Positions 42,201-57,700 of a stretch of 64,000 nucleotides of DNA are shown here, piece after piece. The notes under the pieces were generated by a model. That model had not been told where the DNA came from, did not search any database, and worked only from the letters and a program-made list of their open reading frames with translations. The DNA comes from Eledone cirrhosa (lineage: Eukaryota). The stretch is taken from contig OZ024744.1 in NCBI GenBank assembly GCA_964016885.1, positions 10,168,001 to 10,232,000 of the forward strand, in the 5' to 3' direction. Both the position numbers and the translations under genes were made by a program. Position 1 is the stretch's first letter. Every line of letters starts with the position of its first letter.

Positions 42201-45200
42201 TTACTCCAATATGTCATGTTGTTGTACTCCAATATCTCGTGTTGTTGTACTCCAATATGTCATGGTGTTCTACTTCAATATGTCGTATTGTTGTACTCCA
42301 ATATGTTGTGTTGTTGTTCTCCAATATGTCGTGTTGTTATACTCCAATATGTTATGATGTTGTACTCCAATATATTGTGTTGTTGTACTCCAATATGTTG
42401 TGTTGTTGTATTCAATACGCTGTGTTGTTGTACTCCAATATGTTGTGTTGTTGTACTCCAATATGTAGTTGTACTCCAATATGTTGTGTTGTTGTACTCC
42501 AATATGCTGTGTTGTTATACTCCAATATGTATTGTTGTTGTAATCCAATATGTTGTGTTGTTGTACTCCAATATATAGTGTTGTTGTACTCCAATATGTT
42601 GTGTTGTTGTACTCCGATATGTTGTGCTGTTGTACTCCAATATGTTGTGTTATTGTACTCCAATATGTTGTGTTGTTGTACTCCAATACGTTATGTTGTT
42701 GTACTCCAATATTTAGTGCTGTTATACTCCAATATGTTGTGTTGTTATACTCCAAAAAGTTGTGTTGTTTTACTCCAATATGTTGTCTTGTTATACTCCA
42801 GTATGTTGTGTTGTTGTACTCCAATATGTTGTGCTGTTGTACTCCAATATGTCAGGTTGTTGTACTCCGATATTTCGTGTTGTTCTACTCCAATATTTCG
42901 TGTTGTTTTACTCCAATATGTCGTGGTGTTGTACTCAAATATGTTTTGATGTTGTACTCCAATATGTCGTGTTGTTGTACTCCAATATGTTGTGTTGTTG
43001 AACTCCAATATGCTGTGTTGTTATACTCCTAAATGTTGTGTTGTTGTACTCCAATATGTTGTGTTGTTACACTCCACAATGTTGTGTTGTTGTACTCCAA
43101 AATGTGATGTTGCTGTACTCCAATATGTCGTATTGTTGTACTCCAATATGTTGTGTTGTTATACTCCAATATTTCGTGTTGTTTTACTCCAATATGTCAT
43201 GTTGTTGTACTCCAATATTTCGTGTTGTTGTACTCCAATATGTCATGGTGTTGTACTTCAATATGTCGTATTGTTGTACTCCAGTATGTTGTGTTGTTGT
43301 TCTCCAATATGTCGTGTTGTTATACTCCAATATGTTATGATGTTGTACTCCAATATATTGTGTTGTTGTACTCCAATATGTTGTGTTGCTGTACTCCAAT
43401 ATGTTTTGTCGTTGTACTCCAATATGTTGTGTTGTTATACTCCAATATGTTGTGTTATTTTACTCCAATATGTTGTGTTGTTGTACTCCAATATGTTGTG
43501 TTGTTGTACTCCAATATGTTGTGTTGTTGTAATCCAATATCTTGTGTTGTTATACTCCAATATGTTGTGTTGTTGTACTCTAATATGTTGTGTTGTTGTT
43601 CTCCAATATGTTGTGTTGTTATACTCCAATATGTTGTGTTGTGATACTCCAATATGTTGTGCTGTTGTACTCCAATATGTTGAGTTGTTGTACTCCAATA
43701 CGTTGTGTTGTTGTACTCCAATATTTAGTGCTGTTATACTCCAATATGTTGTGTTGTTATACTCCAATATGTTGTGTTATTTTACTCCAATATGTTGTGT
43801 TGTTGTACTCCAATATGTTGTGTTGTTGTACTCCAATATGTTGTGTTGTTGTACTGCAATATGTTATGTTGTTGTACTCCAATATGTAGTGCTGGTGTAC
43901 TCTAATATGTTGTGTTGGTGTACTCCAATATGTTGTGTTGTTATACTCCAATATGGTGTGTTGTTGTACTCCAATATGTTGTGTTGTTGTTCTCCAATAT
44001 GTTGTGTTGTTATACTCCAATATGGTGTGTTGTTGTACTCCAATATGTTGTATTGTTGTTCTCCAATATGTCATGTTATACTCCAATATGTTGTGTTTCA
44101 TGTACTCCAATATTTTGTGATATTGTACGCCAATATGTTGTGTTGTTGTACTCCAATATGTTGTGTTGTTATACTCCAATATGTTGTGTTGTTGTACTCC
44201 AATATGTTGTTGTACTCCAACATGTTGTGTTGTTGTACTCCAATATGTAGTGTTGTTGTAATCCAATATATTGTGTTGTACTCCAATATATAGTGCTGTT
44301 GTACTCCAATATGTTGTGTTGTTGTACTCCAATATGTTGTGCTGCTGTACTCCAATATGTTGTGTTGTTATACTCCAATATGTTGTGTTGTTATACTCCA
44401 ATAAGTTGTGTTGTTTTACTCCAATATGTTGTGTTGTTATACTCCAGTATGTTGTGTTGTTGTACTCCAATATGTTGTGTTGTTATACTCCAATATGTTG
44501 TGTTATATTACTCCAATATGTTGTGTTGTTGTACTCCAATATGTTGTGTTGTTGTACTCCAATATGTTGTGTTGTTGTAATCCAATATCTTGTGTTGTTA
44601 TACTCCAATATGTTGTGTTGTTGTACTCCAATATGTTGTGTTGTTGTTCTCCAATATGTTGTGTTGTTATACTCCAATATGTTGTGTTGTGATATTCCAA
44701 TATGTTGTGCTGTTGTACTCCAATATTTTGAGTTGTTATACTCCAATATGTAGTGTTGTTATAAGCCAATATGTTGTGTTGTTGTACTCCAATCTGTTGT
44801 GTTATACTCCAATATGTTGTGTTGTTATACTCCAATATGTTGTGTTGTTATACTCCAATATGTTGTGTTGTTTTACTCCAATATGTTGTGCTGTTGAACT
44901 CCAATATGTTGTATTGTTGATCTCCAATATGTCATGTTATACTCCAATAAGTTGTGTTCTTTTACTCCAATATGGTTTGTTGTTGTACTCCAATATGTTG
45001 TGTTGTCGTACTCCAATATGTCATGTTATACTCCAATATGTCGTTGTTATACTCCAATATGTCATGTTGTTGTACTACAATATGTCGTGTTGTTGTACTC
45101 CAATATGTTGTGTTGTTATACTCCAATATGTTGTGCTGTTGTACTCCAATATGTCATGTTGTTGTCCTCCGATATTTCGTGTTATTGTACTCCAATATTT

Positions 45201-45778
45201 CGTGTTGTACTCCAATATGTTGTGTTTTTGTACTCCAATATGTTTTGATGTTGTACTCCAATATGTTGTGTTGTTGTACTCCAATATGTTGTGTTGTTAT
45301 ACTCCAATATGCTGTGATGTTATACTCCTATATGTTGTGCTGTTGTACTCCAATATGTTGTTTTGTTATACTCCAATATGTTGTGTTGTTGTACTCCAAT
45401 ATGTTGTGTTGTTGTACTCCAATATGTGATGTTGTTGTACTCCAATATGTCGTGATGTTGTACTCCAATATGTTGTGTTGTTATACTCCAATATTTCGTG
45501 TTGTTTTACTCCAATATGTCATGTTGTTGTACTCCAATATTTCGTGTTGCTGTATTCCAATATGTCATGGTGTTGTACTTCAATATGTCGTATTGTTGTA
45601 CTCCAATATGTTGTGTTGTTGTTCTCCAATATGTCGTGTTGTTATACTCCAATATGTTATGATGTTGGACTCCAATATATTGTGTTGTTGTACTCCAATA
45701 TGTTGTGTTTTTGTAATCCAATATGTAATGTTGTTATACTCCAATATGTCTTGTTATAGTCCAATATGTCGTGTTGTT
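36276..45778 (+). repeat. Tandem duplication of a ~4.74-kb unit (36276-41014 and 41015-45778)
   Basis: Identical variant series at offset 4739 (ORFs 36548/41287, 37431/42170, 38253/42992), drifting to 4782-4783 after monomer indels (39808/44590, 40692/45475). Confidence 0.88.
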
Positions 45779-48700
45779 GTACTCCAATATGTCATGTTGT
45801 TGTACTCCAATATTTCGTGTTGTTGTACCCCAATATGTCGTGTTGATTATACTCCAATTTTTGTTGCTGTTGTACTCCAATATGTTGTGTTGTTATTCTC
45901 CAATATGTTGTGCTGTTGTACTCCAATGTGTTATGTTGTTATACTCCAATATGTTGTGCTGTGATACTCCAATATGTTGTGTTGTTGTACTCCAATCTGT
46001 TGTGTTGTTATACTCCAATATGTTGTGTTGTTATACTCCAATATGTTGTGTTGTTTTACTCCAATATGTTTTGTTGTTGTACTCCAATATGTTGTGTTGT
46101 TGTACTCCAATATGTTGTGTTGTTGTAATCCAATATCTTGTGTTGTTATACTCCAATATGTTGTGTTGTTGTACTCCAATATGTTGTGTTGTTGTTCTCC
46201 AATATGTCGTGTTGTTATACTCCAATATGTTGTGTTATGATACTCCAATATGTTGTGCTGTTGTACTCCAATATGTTGTGTTGTTATACTCCAATATGTA
46301 GTTTTGTTATACTCCAATATGTTTTGTTGTTGTACTCCAATCTGTTGTGTTGTTATACTCCAATATGTTGTGTTGTTATACTCCAATATGTTGTGTTGTT
46401 TTACTCCAATATGTTGTGTTGTTGTACTCCAATATGTTGTGTTGTTGTACTCCAATATATCATGTTGTCGTACTCCAATATGTCATGTTATACTCCAATA
46501 TGTCGTTGTTATACTCCAATATGTCATGATGTTGTACTCCAATATGTCGTGTTCTTGTACTCCAATATGTCGTGTTGTCGTACTCCAATATGTTGTGTTG
46601 TTGTACTCCAATATGTTGTGTTGTTGTACTCCAATATGTTGTGTTGTTATACTCCAATATGTTGTGCTGTTGTACTCCAATATGTTGTGTTGTTGTTGTA
46701 CTCCAATATGTTTTGATGTTGTACTCCAATATGTTGTGTTGTTGTACTCCAATATGTTGTGTAGTCATACTCCAATACGTTGTGTTGTTGTACTCCAATA
46801 TGATGTGATGTTGTACTCCAATATGATGTGCTGTTGTACTCCAATGCGTTGTGTTGTTGTACTCCAATGTGTTGTGTTGTTATACTCCAATATGTTGTGT
46901 TGTTATACTCCAATATGTTGTGCTGTTGTACTCCAAATCTCGTGTTGTTATACTCCAATGTGTTGTGTTGTTATACTCCAATATGGTGTGTTGTTGTACT
47001 CCAATATGTTGTATTGTTTTTCTCCAATATGCCATGTTATACTCCAATATGTTGTGTTCGTGTACTCCAATATCTTGTGTTATTGTACTCCAATATGTTG
47101 CGTTGTTGTACTCCAATATGTTGTGTTGTTATACTCCAATATGTTGTGTTGTTGTACTCCTATATGTTGTCTTGTTGTACTCCAAAAGGTCATATTATTG
47201 TACTCCAATATGTATTGTTATACTCCAATATGTCGTGTGTCTGTACTCCAATATGTCATTTTGTTGTACTCCAATATGTCTTGTTATAGTCCAATATGTC
47301 GTGTTGTTGTACTCCAATATGTCATGTAGTTATACTCCAATATTTCGTGTTGTTGTACCCCAATATGTCGTGTTGTTTATACTCCAATATGTTTTGCTGT
47401 TGTACTCCAATATGTTGTGTTGCTGTACTCCAATATGTTGTGTTGTTGTACTCCAATATGTTGTGTTGTTGTAATCCAATATCTTGTGTTGTTATACTCC
47501 AATATGTTGTGTTGTTATACTCCAATATGTTGTGTTGTTATACTCCAATATGTTGTGTTGTTATACTCCAATATGTTGTGTTGTTGTACTCCAATATGTT
47601 GTATTGTTGATCTCCAATAAGTTGTGTTCTTGTACTCCAATATATTGTGTTGTTGTACTCCAATATGTTGTGTTTTTGTAATCCAATATGTAATGTTGTT
47701 GTACTCCAATATGTCTTGTTATATTCCAATATGTCGTGTTGTTGTACTCCAATATGTCATGTTGTTGTACTCCAATATTTCTTGTTGTTGTACCCCAATA
47801 TGTCGTGTTGATTATACTCCAATTTTTGTTGCTGTTGTACTCCAATATGTTGTGTTGTTGTACTCCAATATGTTGTGTTGTTATACTCCAATATGTTGTG
47901 TTGTGATACTCCAAAGTGTTGTGCTGTTTAACTCCAATATGTTGTGTTGTTTTACTCCAATAGGTTGCGTTGTTGTACTCCAATCTGTTGTGTTGTTATA
48001 CTCCAATATGTTGTGTTGTTATACTCCAATATGGTGTGTTGTTTTACTCCAATATGTTGTGTTGTTGCAATCCAATATGTTTGTGTTGTTTTACTCCAAT
48101 ATGTTGTGTTGTTATACTCAAATATGTTGTGTTGTTGTACTCCAATATGGTGTGTTGTTGTACTCCAATATGTTGTGTTGTTGTACTCCAATATGTTGTG
48201 TTGTTATACTCCAATATGTTGTGTTGGTGTACTCCAATATGTTGTGCTGTTGAACTCCAAATCTCGTGTTGTTATACTCCAATGTGTTGTGTTGTTATAC
48301 TCCAATATGTTGTGTTGTTGTACTCCAATATGTTGTGTTGTTGTACTCCAATATGTTGTGTTGTTGTACTCCAATATGTTGTGTTGTTGTACTCCAATAT
48401 GTGATGTTGTTGTACTCCAATATGTCGTGATGTTGTACTCCAATATGTTGTGTTATACTCCAATATTTCGTGTTGTTTTACTCCAATATGTCATGGTGTT
48501 GTACTCCAATATTTCGTGTGGCTGTATTCCAATATGTCATGGTGTTGTACTTCAATATGTCGTATTGTTGTACTCCAATATGTTGTGTTGTTGTTCTCCA
48601 ATATGTCGTGTTGTTATACTCCAATATGTTATGATGTTGGACTCCAATATATTGTGTTGTTGTACTCCAATATGTTGTGTTTTTGTAATCCAATATGTAA

Positions 48701-51700
48701 TGTTGTTGTACTCCAATATGTCTTGTTATAGTCCAATATGTCGTGTTGTTGTACTCCAATATGTCATGTTGTTGTACTCCAATATTTCGTGTTGTTGTAC
48801 CCCAATATGTCGTGTTGATTATACTCCAATTTTTGTTGCTGTTGTACTCCAATATGTTGTGTTGTTGTACTCCAATCTGTTGTGTCGTTATTCTCCAATA
48901 TGTTGTGCTGTTGTACTCCAATGTGTTATGTTGTTATACTCCAATATGTTGTGCTGTGATATTCCAATATGTTGTGTTGTTGTACTCCAATCTGTTGTGT
49001 TGTTATACTCCAATATGTTGTGTTGTTATACTCCAATATGTTGTGTTGTTTTACTCCAATATGTTGTGTTGTTGTACTCCAATATGTTGTGTTGTTGTAC
49101 TCCAATATGTTGTGTTGTTGTAATCCAATATCTTGTGTTGTTATACTCCAATATGTTGTGTTGTCGTACTCCAATATGTTGTGTTGTTGTTCTCCAATAT
49201 GTCGTGTTGTTATACTCCAATATGTTGTGTTATGATACTCCAATATGTTGTGCTGTTGTACTCCAATATTTTGTGTTGTTATACTCCAATATGTAGTGTT
49301 GTTATACTCCAATATGTTGTGTTGTTGTACTCCAATCTGTTGTGTTGTTACACTCCAATATGTTGTGTTGTTATACTCCAATATGTTGTGTTGTTGTACT
49401 CCAATCTGTTGTGTTGTTATACTCCACAATGTTGTGTTGTTGTACTCCAATATGTTGTGTTGTTGTACTCCAATATGTGATGTTGTTGTACTCCAATATG
49501 TCGTATTGTTGTACTCCAATATGTTGTGTTGTTATACTCCAATATTTCGTGTTGTTTTACTCCAATATGTCATGTTGTTGTACTCCAATATCTCGTGTTG
49601 TTGTACTCCAATATGTCATGGTGTTCTACTTCAATATGTCGTATTGTTGTACTCCAATATGTTGTGTTGTTGTTCTCCAATATGTCGTGTTGTTATACTC
49701 CAATATGTTATGATGTTGTACTCCAATATATTGTGTTGTTGTACTCCAATATGTTGTGTTGTTGTATTCAATACGCTGTGTTGTTGTACTCCAATATGTT
49801 GTGTTGTTGTACTCCAATATGTAGTTGTACTCCAATATGTTGTGTTGTTGTACTCCAATATGCTGTGTTGTTATACTCCAATATGTATTGTTGTTGTAAT
49901 CCAATATGTTGTGTTGTTGTACTCCAATATATAGTGTTGTTGTACTCCAATATGTTGTGTTGTTGTACTCCGATATGTTGTGCTGTTGTACTCCAATATG
50001 TTGTGTTATTGTACTCCAATATGTTGTGTTGTTGTACTCCAATACGTTATGTTGTTGTACTCCAATATTTAGTGCTGTTATACTCCAATATGTTGTGTTG
50101 TTATACTCCAAAAAGTTGTGTTGTTTTACTCCAATATGTTGTGTTGTTATACTCCAGTATGTTGTGTTGTTGTACTCCAATATGTTGTGCTGTTGTACTC
50201 CAATATGTCAGGTTGTTGTACTCCGATATTTCGTGTTGTTCTACTCCAATATTTCGTGTTGTTTTACTCCAATATGTCGTGGTGTTGTACTCCAATATGT
50301 TTTGATGTTGTACTCCAATATGTCGTGTTGTTGTACTCCAATATGTTGTGTTGTTGAACTCCAATATGCTGTGTTGTTATACTCCTAAATGTTGTGTTGT
50401 TGTACTCCAATATGTTGTGTTGTTACACTCCACAATGTTGTGTTGTTGTACTCCAAAATGTGATGTTGCTGTACTCCAATATGTCGTATTGTTGTACTCC
50501 AATATGTTGTGTTGTTATACTCCAATATTTCGTGTTGTTTTACTCCAATATGTCATGTTGTTGTACTCCAATATTTCGTGTTGTTGTACTCCAATATGTC
50601 ATGGTGTTGTACTTCAATATGTCGTATTGTTGTACTCCAGTATGTTGTGTTGTTGTTCTCCAATATGTCGTGTTGTTATACTCCAATATGTTATGATGTT
50701 GTACTCCAATATATTGTGTTGTTGTACTCCAATATGTTGTGTTGCTGTACTCCAATATGTTTTGTCGTTGTACTCCAATATGTTGTGTTGTTATACTCCA
50801 ATATGTTGTGTTATTTTACTCCAATATGTTGTGTTGTTGTACTCCAATATGTTGTGTTGTTGTACTCCAATATGTTGTGTTGTTGTAATCCAATATCTTG
50901 TGTTGTTATACTCCAATATGTTGTGTTGTTGTACTCTAATATGTTGTGTTGTTGTTCTCCAATATGTTGTGTTGTTATACTCCAATATGTTGTGTTGTGA
51001 TACTCCAATATGTTGTGCTGTTGTACTCCAATATGTTGAGTTGTTGTACTCCAATACGTTGTGTTGTTGTACTCCAATATTTAGTGCTGTTATACTCCAA
51101 TATGTTGTGTTGTTATACTCCAATATGTTGTGTTATTTTACTCCAATATGTTGTGTTGTTGTACTCCAATATGTTGTGTTGTTGTACTGCAATATGTTAT
51201 GTTGTTGTACTCCAATATGTAGTGCTGGTGTACTCTAATATGTTGTGTTGGTGTACTCCAATATGTTGTGTTGTTATACTCCAATATGGTGTGTTGTTGT
51301 ACTCCAATATGTTGTGTTGTTGTTCTCCAATATGTTGTGTTGTTATACTCCAATATGGTGTGTTGTTGTACTCCAATATGTTGTATTGTTGTTCTCCAAT
51401 ATGTCATGTTATACTCCAATATGTTGTGTTTCATGTACTCCAATATTTTGTGATATTGTACGCCAATATGTTGTGTTGTTGTACTCCAATATGTTGTGTT
51501 GTTATACTCCAATATGTTGTGTTGTTGTACTCCAATATGTTGTTGTACTCCAACATGTTGTGTTGTTGTACTCCAATATGTAGTGTTGTTGTAATCCAAT
51601 ATATTGTGTTGTTGTACTCCAATATATAGTGCTGTTGTACTCCAATATGTTGTGTTGTTGTACTCCAATATGTTGTGCTGCTGTACTCCAATATGTTGTG

Positions 51701-54700
51701 TTGTTATACTCCAATATGTTGTGTTGTTATACTCCAATAAGTTGTGTTGTTTTACTCCAATATGTTGTGTTGTTATACTCCAGTATGTTGTGTTGTTGTA
51801 CTCCAATATGTTGTGTTGTTATACTCCAATATGTTGTGTTATATTACTCCAATATGTTGTGTTGTTGTACTCCAATATGTTGTGTTGTTGTACTCCAATA
51901 TGTTGTGTTGTTGTAATCCAATATCTTGTGTTGTTATACTCCAATATGTTGTGTTGTTGTACTCCAATATGTTGTGTTGTTGTTCTCCAATATGTTGTGT
52001 TGTTATACTCCAATATGTTGTGTTGTGATATTCCAATATGTTGTGCTGTTGTACTCCAATATTTTGAGTTGTTATACTCCAATATGTAGTGTTGTTATAC
52101 GCCAATATGTTGTGTTGTTGTACTCCAATCTGTTGTGTTATACTCCAATATGTTGTGTTGTTATACTCCAATATGTTGTGTTGTTATACTCCAATATGTT
52201 GTGTTGTTTTACTCCAATATGTTGTGCTGTTGAACTCCAATATGTTGTATTGTTGATCTCCAATATGTCATGTTATACTCCAATAAGTTGTGTTCTTTTA
52301 CTCCAATATGGTTTGTTGTTGTACTCCAATATGTTGTGTTGTCGTACTCCAATATGTCATGTTATACTCCAATATGTCGTTGTTATACTCCAATATGTCA
52401 TGTTGTTGTACTACAATATGTCGTGTTGTTGTACTCCAATATGTTGTGTTGTTATACTCCAATATGTTGTGCTGTTGTACTCCAATATGTCATGTTGTTG
52501 TCCTCCGATATTTCGTGTTATTGTACTCCAATATTTCGTGTTGTACTCCAATATGTTGTGTTTTTGTACTCCAATATGTTTTGATGTTGTACTCCAATAT
52601 GTTGTGTTTTGTACTCCAATATGTTGTGTTGTTATACTCCAATATGCTGTGATGTTATACTCCTATATGTTGTGCTGTTGTACTCCAATATGTTGTTTTG
52701 TTATACTCCAATATGTTGTGTTGTTGTACTCCAATATGTTGTGTTGTTGTACTCCAATATGTGATGTTGTTGTACTCCAATATGTCGTGATGTTGTACTC
52801 CAATATGTTGTGTTGTTATACTCCAATATTTCGTGTTGTTTTACTCCAATATGTCATGTTGTTGTACTCCAATATTTCGTGTTGCTGTATTCCAATATGT
52901 CATGGTGTTGTACTTCAATATGTCGTATTGTTGTACTCCAATATGTTGTGTTGTTGTTCTCCAATATGTCGTGTTGTTATACTCCAATATGTTATGATGT
53001 TGGACTCCAATATATTGTGTTGTTGTACTCCAATATGTTGTGTTTTTGTAATCCAATATGTAATGTTGTTATACTCCAATATGTCTTGTTATAGTCCAAT
53101 ATGTCGTGTTGTTGTACTCCAATATGTCATGTTGTTGTACTCCAATATTTCGTGTTGTTGTACCCCAATATGTCGTGTTGATTATACTCCAATTTTTGTT
53201 GCTGTTGTACTCCAATATGTTGTGTTGTTGTACTCCAATATGTTGTGTTGTTATTCTCCAATATGTTGTGCTGTTGTACTCCAATGTGTTATGTTGTTAT
53301 ACTCCAATATGTTGTGCTGTGATACTCCAATATGTTGTGTTGTTGTACTCCAATCTGTTGTGTTGTTATACTCCAATATGTTGTGTTGTTATACTCCAAT
53401 ATGTTGTGTTGTTATACTCCAATATGTTGTGTTGTTTTACTCCAATATGTTTTGTTGTTGTACTCCAATATGTTGTGTTGTTGTACTCCAATATGTTGTG
53501 TTGTTGTACTCCAATATGTTGTGTTGTTGTTCTCCAATATGTCGTGTTGTTATACTCCAATATGTTGTGTTATGATACTCCAATATGTTGTGCTGTTGTA
53601 CTCCAATATGTTGTGTTGTTATACTCCAATATGTAGTTTTGTTATACTCCAATATGTTTTGTTGTTGTACTCCAATCTGTTGTGTTGTTATACTCCAATA
53701 TGTTGTGTTGTTATACTCCAATATGTTGTGTTGTTTTACTCCAATATGTTGTGTTGTTGTACTCCAATATGTTGTGTTGTTGTACTCCAATATATCATGT
53801 TGTCGTACTCCAATATGTCATGTTATACTCCAATATGTCGTTGTTATACTCCAATATGTCATGATGTTGTACTCCAATATGTCGTGTTCTTGTACTCCAA
53901 TATGTCGTGTTGTCGTACTCCAATATGTTGTGTTGTTGTACTCCAATACGTTGTGTTGTTGTACTCCAATATGTTGTGTTGTTATACTCCAATATGTTGT
54001 GCTGTTGTACTCCAATATTTCGTGTTGTTGTACTCCAATACATCGTGTTGTACTCCAATATGTTGTGTTGTTGTTGTACTCCAATATGTTTTGATGTTGT
54101 ACTCCAATATGTTGTGTTGTTGTACTCCAATATGTTGTGTAGTCATACTCCAATACGTTGTGTTGTTGTACTCCAATATGATGTGATGTTGTACTCCAAT
54201 ATGATGTGCTGTTGTACTCCAATGCGTTGTGTTGTTGTACTCCAATGTGTTGTGTTGTTATACTCCAATATGTTGTGTTGTTATACTCCAATATGTTGTG
54301 CTGTTGTACTCCAAATCTCGTGTTGTTATACTCCAATGTGTTGTGTTGTTATACTCCAATATGGTGTGTTGTTGTACTCCAATATGTTGTATTGTTTTTC
54401 TCCAATATGCCATGTTATACTCCAATATGTTGGTTCGTGTACTCCAATATCTTGTGTTATTGTACTCCAATATGTTGCGTTGTTGTACTCCAATATGTTG
54501 TGTTGTTATACTCCAATATGTTGTGTTGTTGTACTCCTATATGTTGTCTTGTTGTACTCCAAAAGGTCATATTATTGTACTCCAATATGTATTGTTATAC
54601 TCCAATATGTCGTGTGTCTGTACTCCAATATGTCATTTTGTTGTACTCCAATATGTCTTGTTATAGTCCAATATGTCGTGTTGTTGTACTCCAATATGTC

Positions 54701-57700
54701 ATGTAGTTGTACTCCAATATTTCGTGTTGTTGTACCCCAATATGTCGTGTTGTTTATACTCCAATATGTTTTGCTGTTGTACTCCAATATGTTGTGTTGC
54801 TGTACTCCAATATGTTGTGTTGTTGTACTCCAATATGTTGTGTTGTTGTAATCCAATATCTTGTGTTGTTATACTCCAATATGTTGTGTTGTTATACTCC
54901 AATATGTTGTGTTGTTATACTCCAATATGTTGTGTTGTGATACTCCAATATGTTGTGCTGTTGTACTCCAATATGTTGAGTTGTTATACTCCAATATGTA
55001 GTGTTGTTATACTCCAATATGTTGTGTTGTTGTACTCCAATCTGTTGTGTTATACTCCAATATGTTGTGTTGTTATACTCCAATATGTTGTGTTGTTATA
55101 CTCCAATATGTTGTGTTGTTGTACTCCAATATGTTGTATTGTTGATCTCCAATAAGTTGTGTTCTTGTACTCCAATATATTGTGTTGTTGTACTCCAATA
55201 TGTTGTGTTTTTGTAATCCAATATGTAATGTTGTTGTACTCCAATATGTCTTGTTATATTCCAATATGTCGTGTTGTTGTACTCCAATATGTCATGTTGT
55301 TGTACTCCAATATTTCTTGTTGTTGTACCCCAATATGTCGTGTTGATTATACTCCAATTTTTGTTGCTGTTGTACTCCAATATGTTGTGTTGTTGTACTC
55401 CAATATGTTGTGTTGTTGTACTCCAATATGTTGTGTTGTTATTCTCCAATATGTTGTGTTGTTTTACTCCAATATGTTGTGTTGCTGTACTCCAATACGT
55501 TGTGTTGTTGTACTCCAATATGTTGTGCTGCTGTACTCCAATATATTGTGTTATACTCCAATATGTTGTGTTGTTGTACTCCAATATGTTGTGTTGTTGT
55601 AATCCAAAATGTTGTGTTGTTATACTCCAATATGTTGTACTCCAATGTTGTACTCCAATGTGTTATGTTGTTATACTCCAATATGTTGTGCTGTGATACT
55701 CCAATATGTTGTGTTGTTGTACTCCAATCTGTTGTGTTGTTATACTCCAATATGTTGTGTTGTTATACTCCAATATGTTATGTTGTTTTACTCCAATATG
55801 TTGTGTTGTTGTACTCCAATATGTTGTGTTGTTGTACTCCAATATGTTGTGTTGTTGTAATCCAATATGTTGTGTTGTTATACTCCAATATGCTGTGTTG
55901 TTGTTCTCCAATATGTCGTGTTGTTATACTCCAATATGTTGTGTTATGATACTCCAATATGTTGTGCTGTTGTACTCCAATATGTTGTGTTGTTATACTC
56001 CAATATGTAGTGTTGTTATACTCCAATATGTTGTGTTGTTGTACTCCAATCTGTTGTGTTGTTATACTCGAATATGTTGTGTTGTTATACTCCAATATGT
56101 AGTGTTGTTATACTCCAATATGTTGTGTTGTTGTACTCCAATCTGTTGTGTTGTTATACTCCAATATGTTGTGTTGTTATACTCCAATATGTTGTGTTGT
56201 TTTACTCCAATATGTTGTGTTGCTGTACTCCAATACGTTGTGTTGTTGTACTCCAATATGTTGTGCTGCTGTACTCCAATATATTGTGTTATACTCCAAT
56301 ATGTTGTGTTGTTGTACTCCAATATGTTGTGTTGTTGTAATCCAAAATGTTGTGTTGTTATACTCCAATATGTTGTGTTGTAATACTCCAATATGTTGTG
56401 CTCCAATATGTTGTGTTATACTCCAATGTGTTGTGTTCTTGTACTCCAATATGAAGTGTTGTAATACTCCAATATGTAGTGCTGTTGTTATACTCCAATA
56501 TGTTGTGTTATAATCCAATGTGTTGTGTTGTTGTACTCCAATCTGTTGTGTTGTTATACTCCAATCTGTTGTGTTGTTATACTGCAATATGTTGTGTTGT
56601 TATACTCCAATATGTTGTGTTGTTATACTCCAAGATGTTGTGCTGTGATACTCTAATATGTTGTGTTTTTGTACTCCAATATGTTGTGTTGTTGTACTCC
56701 AATATGTTGTGTTGTTGTAATCCAATATCTTGTGCTGTTATACTCCAATATGTTGTGTTGTTGTACTCCAATATGTTGTGTTGTTATACTCCAATATGTT
56801 GTGTTGTGATACTCCAAAGTGTTGTGCTGTTGTACTCCAATATGTTGTGTTGTTTTACTCCAATAGGTTGCGTTGTTGTACTCCAATCTGTTGTGTTGTT
56901 ATACTCCAATATGTTGTGTTGTTATACTCCAATATGGTGTGTTGTTTTACTCCAATATGTTGTGTTGTTGCAATCCAATATGTTTGTGTTGTTTTACTCC
57001 AATATGTTGTGTTGTTATACTCAAATATGTTGTGTTGTTGTACTCCAATATGGTGTGTTGTTGTACTCCAATATGTTGTGTTGTTGTACTCCAATATGTT
57101 GTGTTGTTATACTCCAATATGTTGTGTTGGTGTACTCCAATATGTTGTGCTGTTGAACTCCAAATCTCGTGTTGTTATACTCCAATGTGTTGTGTTGTTA
57201 TACTCCAATATGTTGTGTTGTTGTACTCCAATATGTTGTGTTGTTGTACTCCAATATGTTGTGTTGTTGTACTCCAATATGTTGTGTTGTTGTACTCCAA
57301 TATGTGATGTTGTTGTACTCCAATATGTCGTGATGTTGTACTCCAATATGTTGTGTTATACTCCAATATTTCGTGTTGTTTTACTCCAATATGTCATGGT
57401 GTTGTACTCCAATATTTCGTGTGGCTGTATTCCAATATGTCATGGTGTTGTACTTCAATATGTCGTATTGTTGTACTCCAATATGTTGTGTTGTTGTTCT
57501 CCAATATGTCGTGTTGTTATACTCCAATATGTTATGATGTTGGACTCCAATATATTGTGTTGTTGTACTCCAATATGTTGTGTTTTTGTAATCCAATATG
57601 TAATGTTGTTGTACTCCAATATGTCTTGTTATAGTCCAATATGTCGTGTTGTTGTACTCCAATATGTCATGTTGTTGTACTCCAATATTTCGTGTTGTTG

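Noticed and set aside
54421-54445. Private 1-bp deletion TTGGTTCGTG versus TTGTGTTCGTG in paralogues
   Set aside because: It is a singleton that cannot be distinguished from a consensus error.
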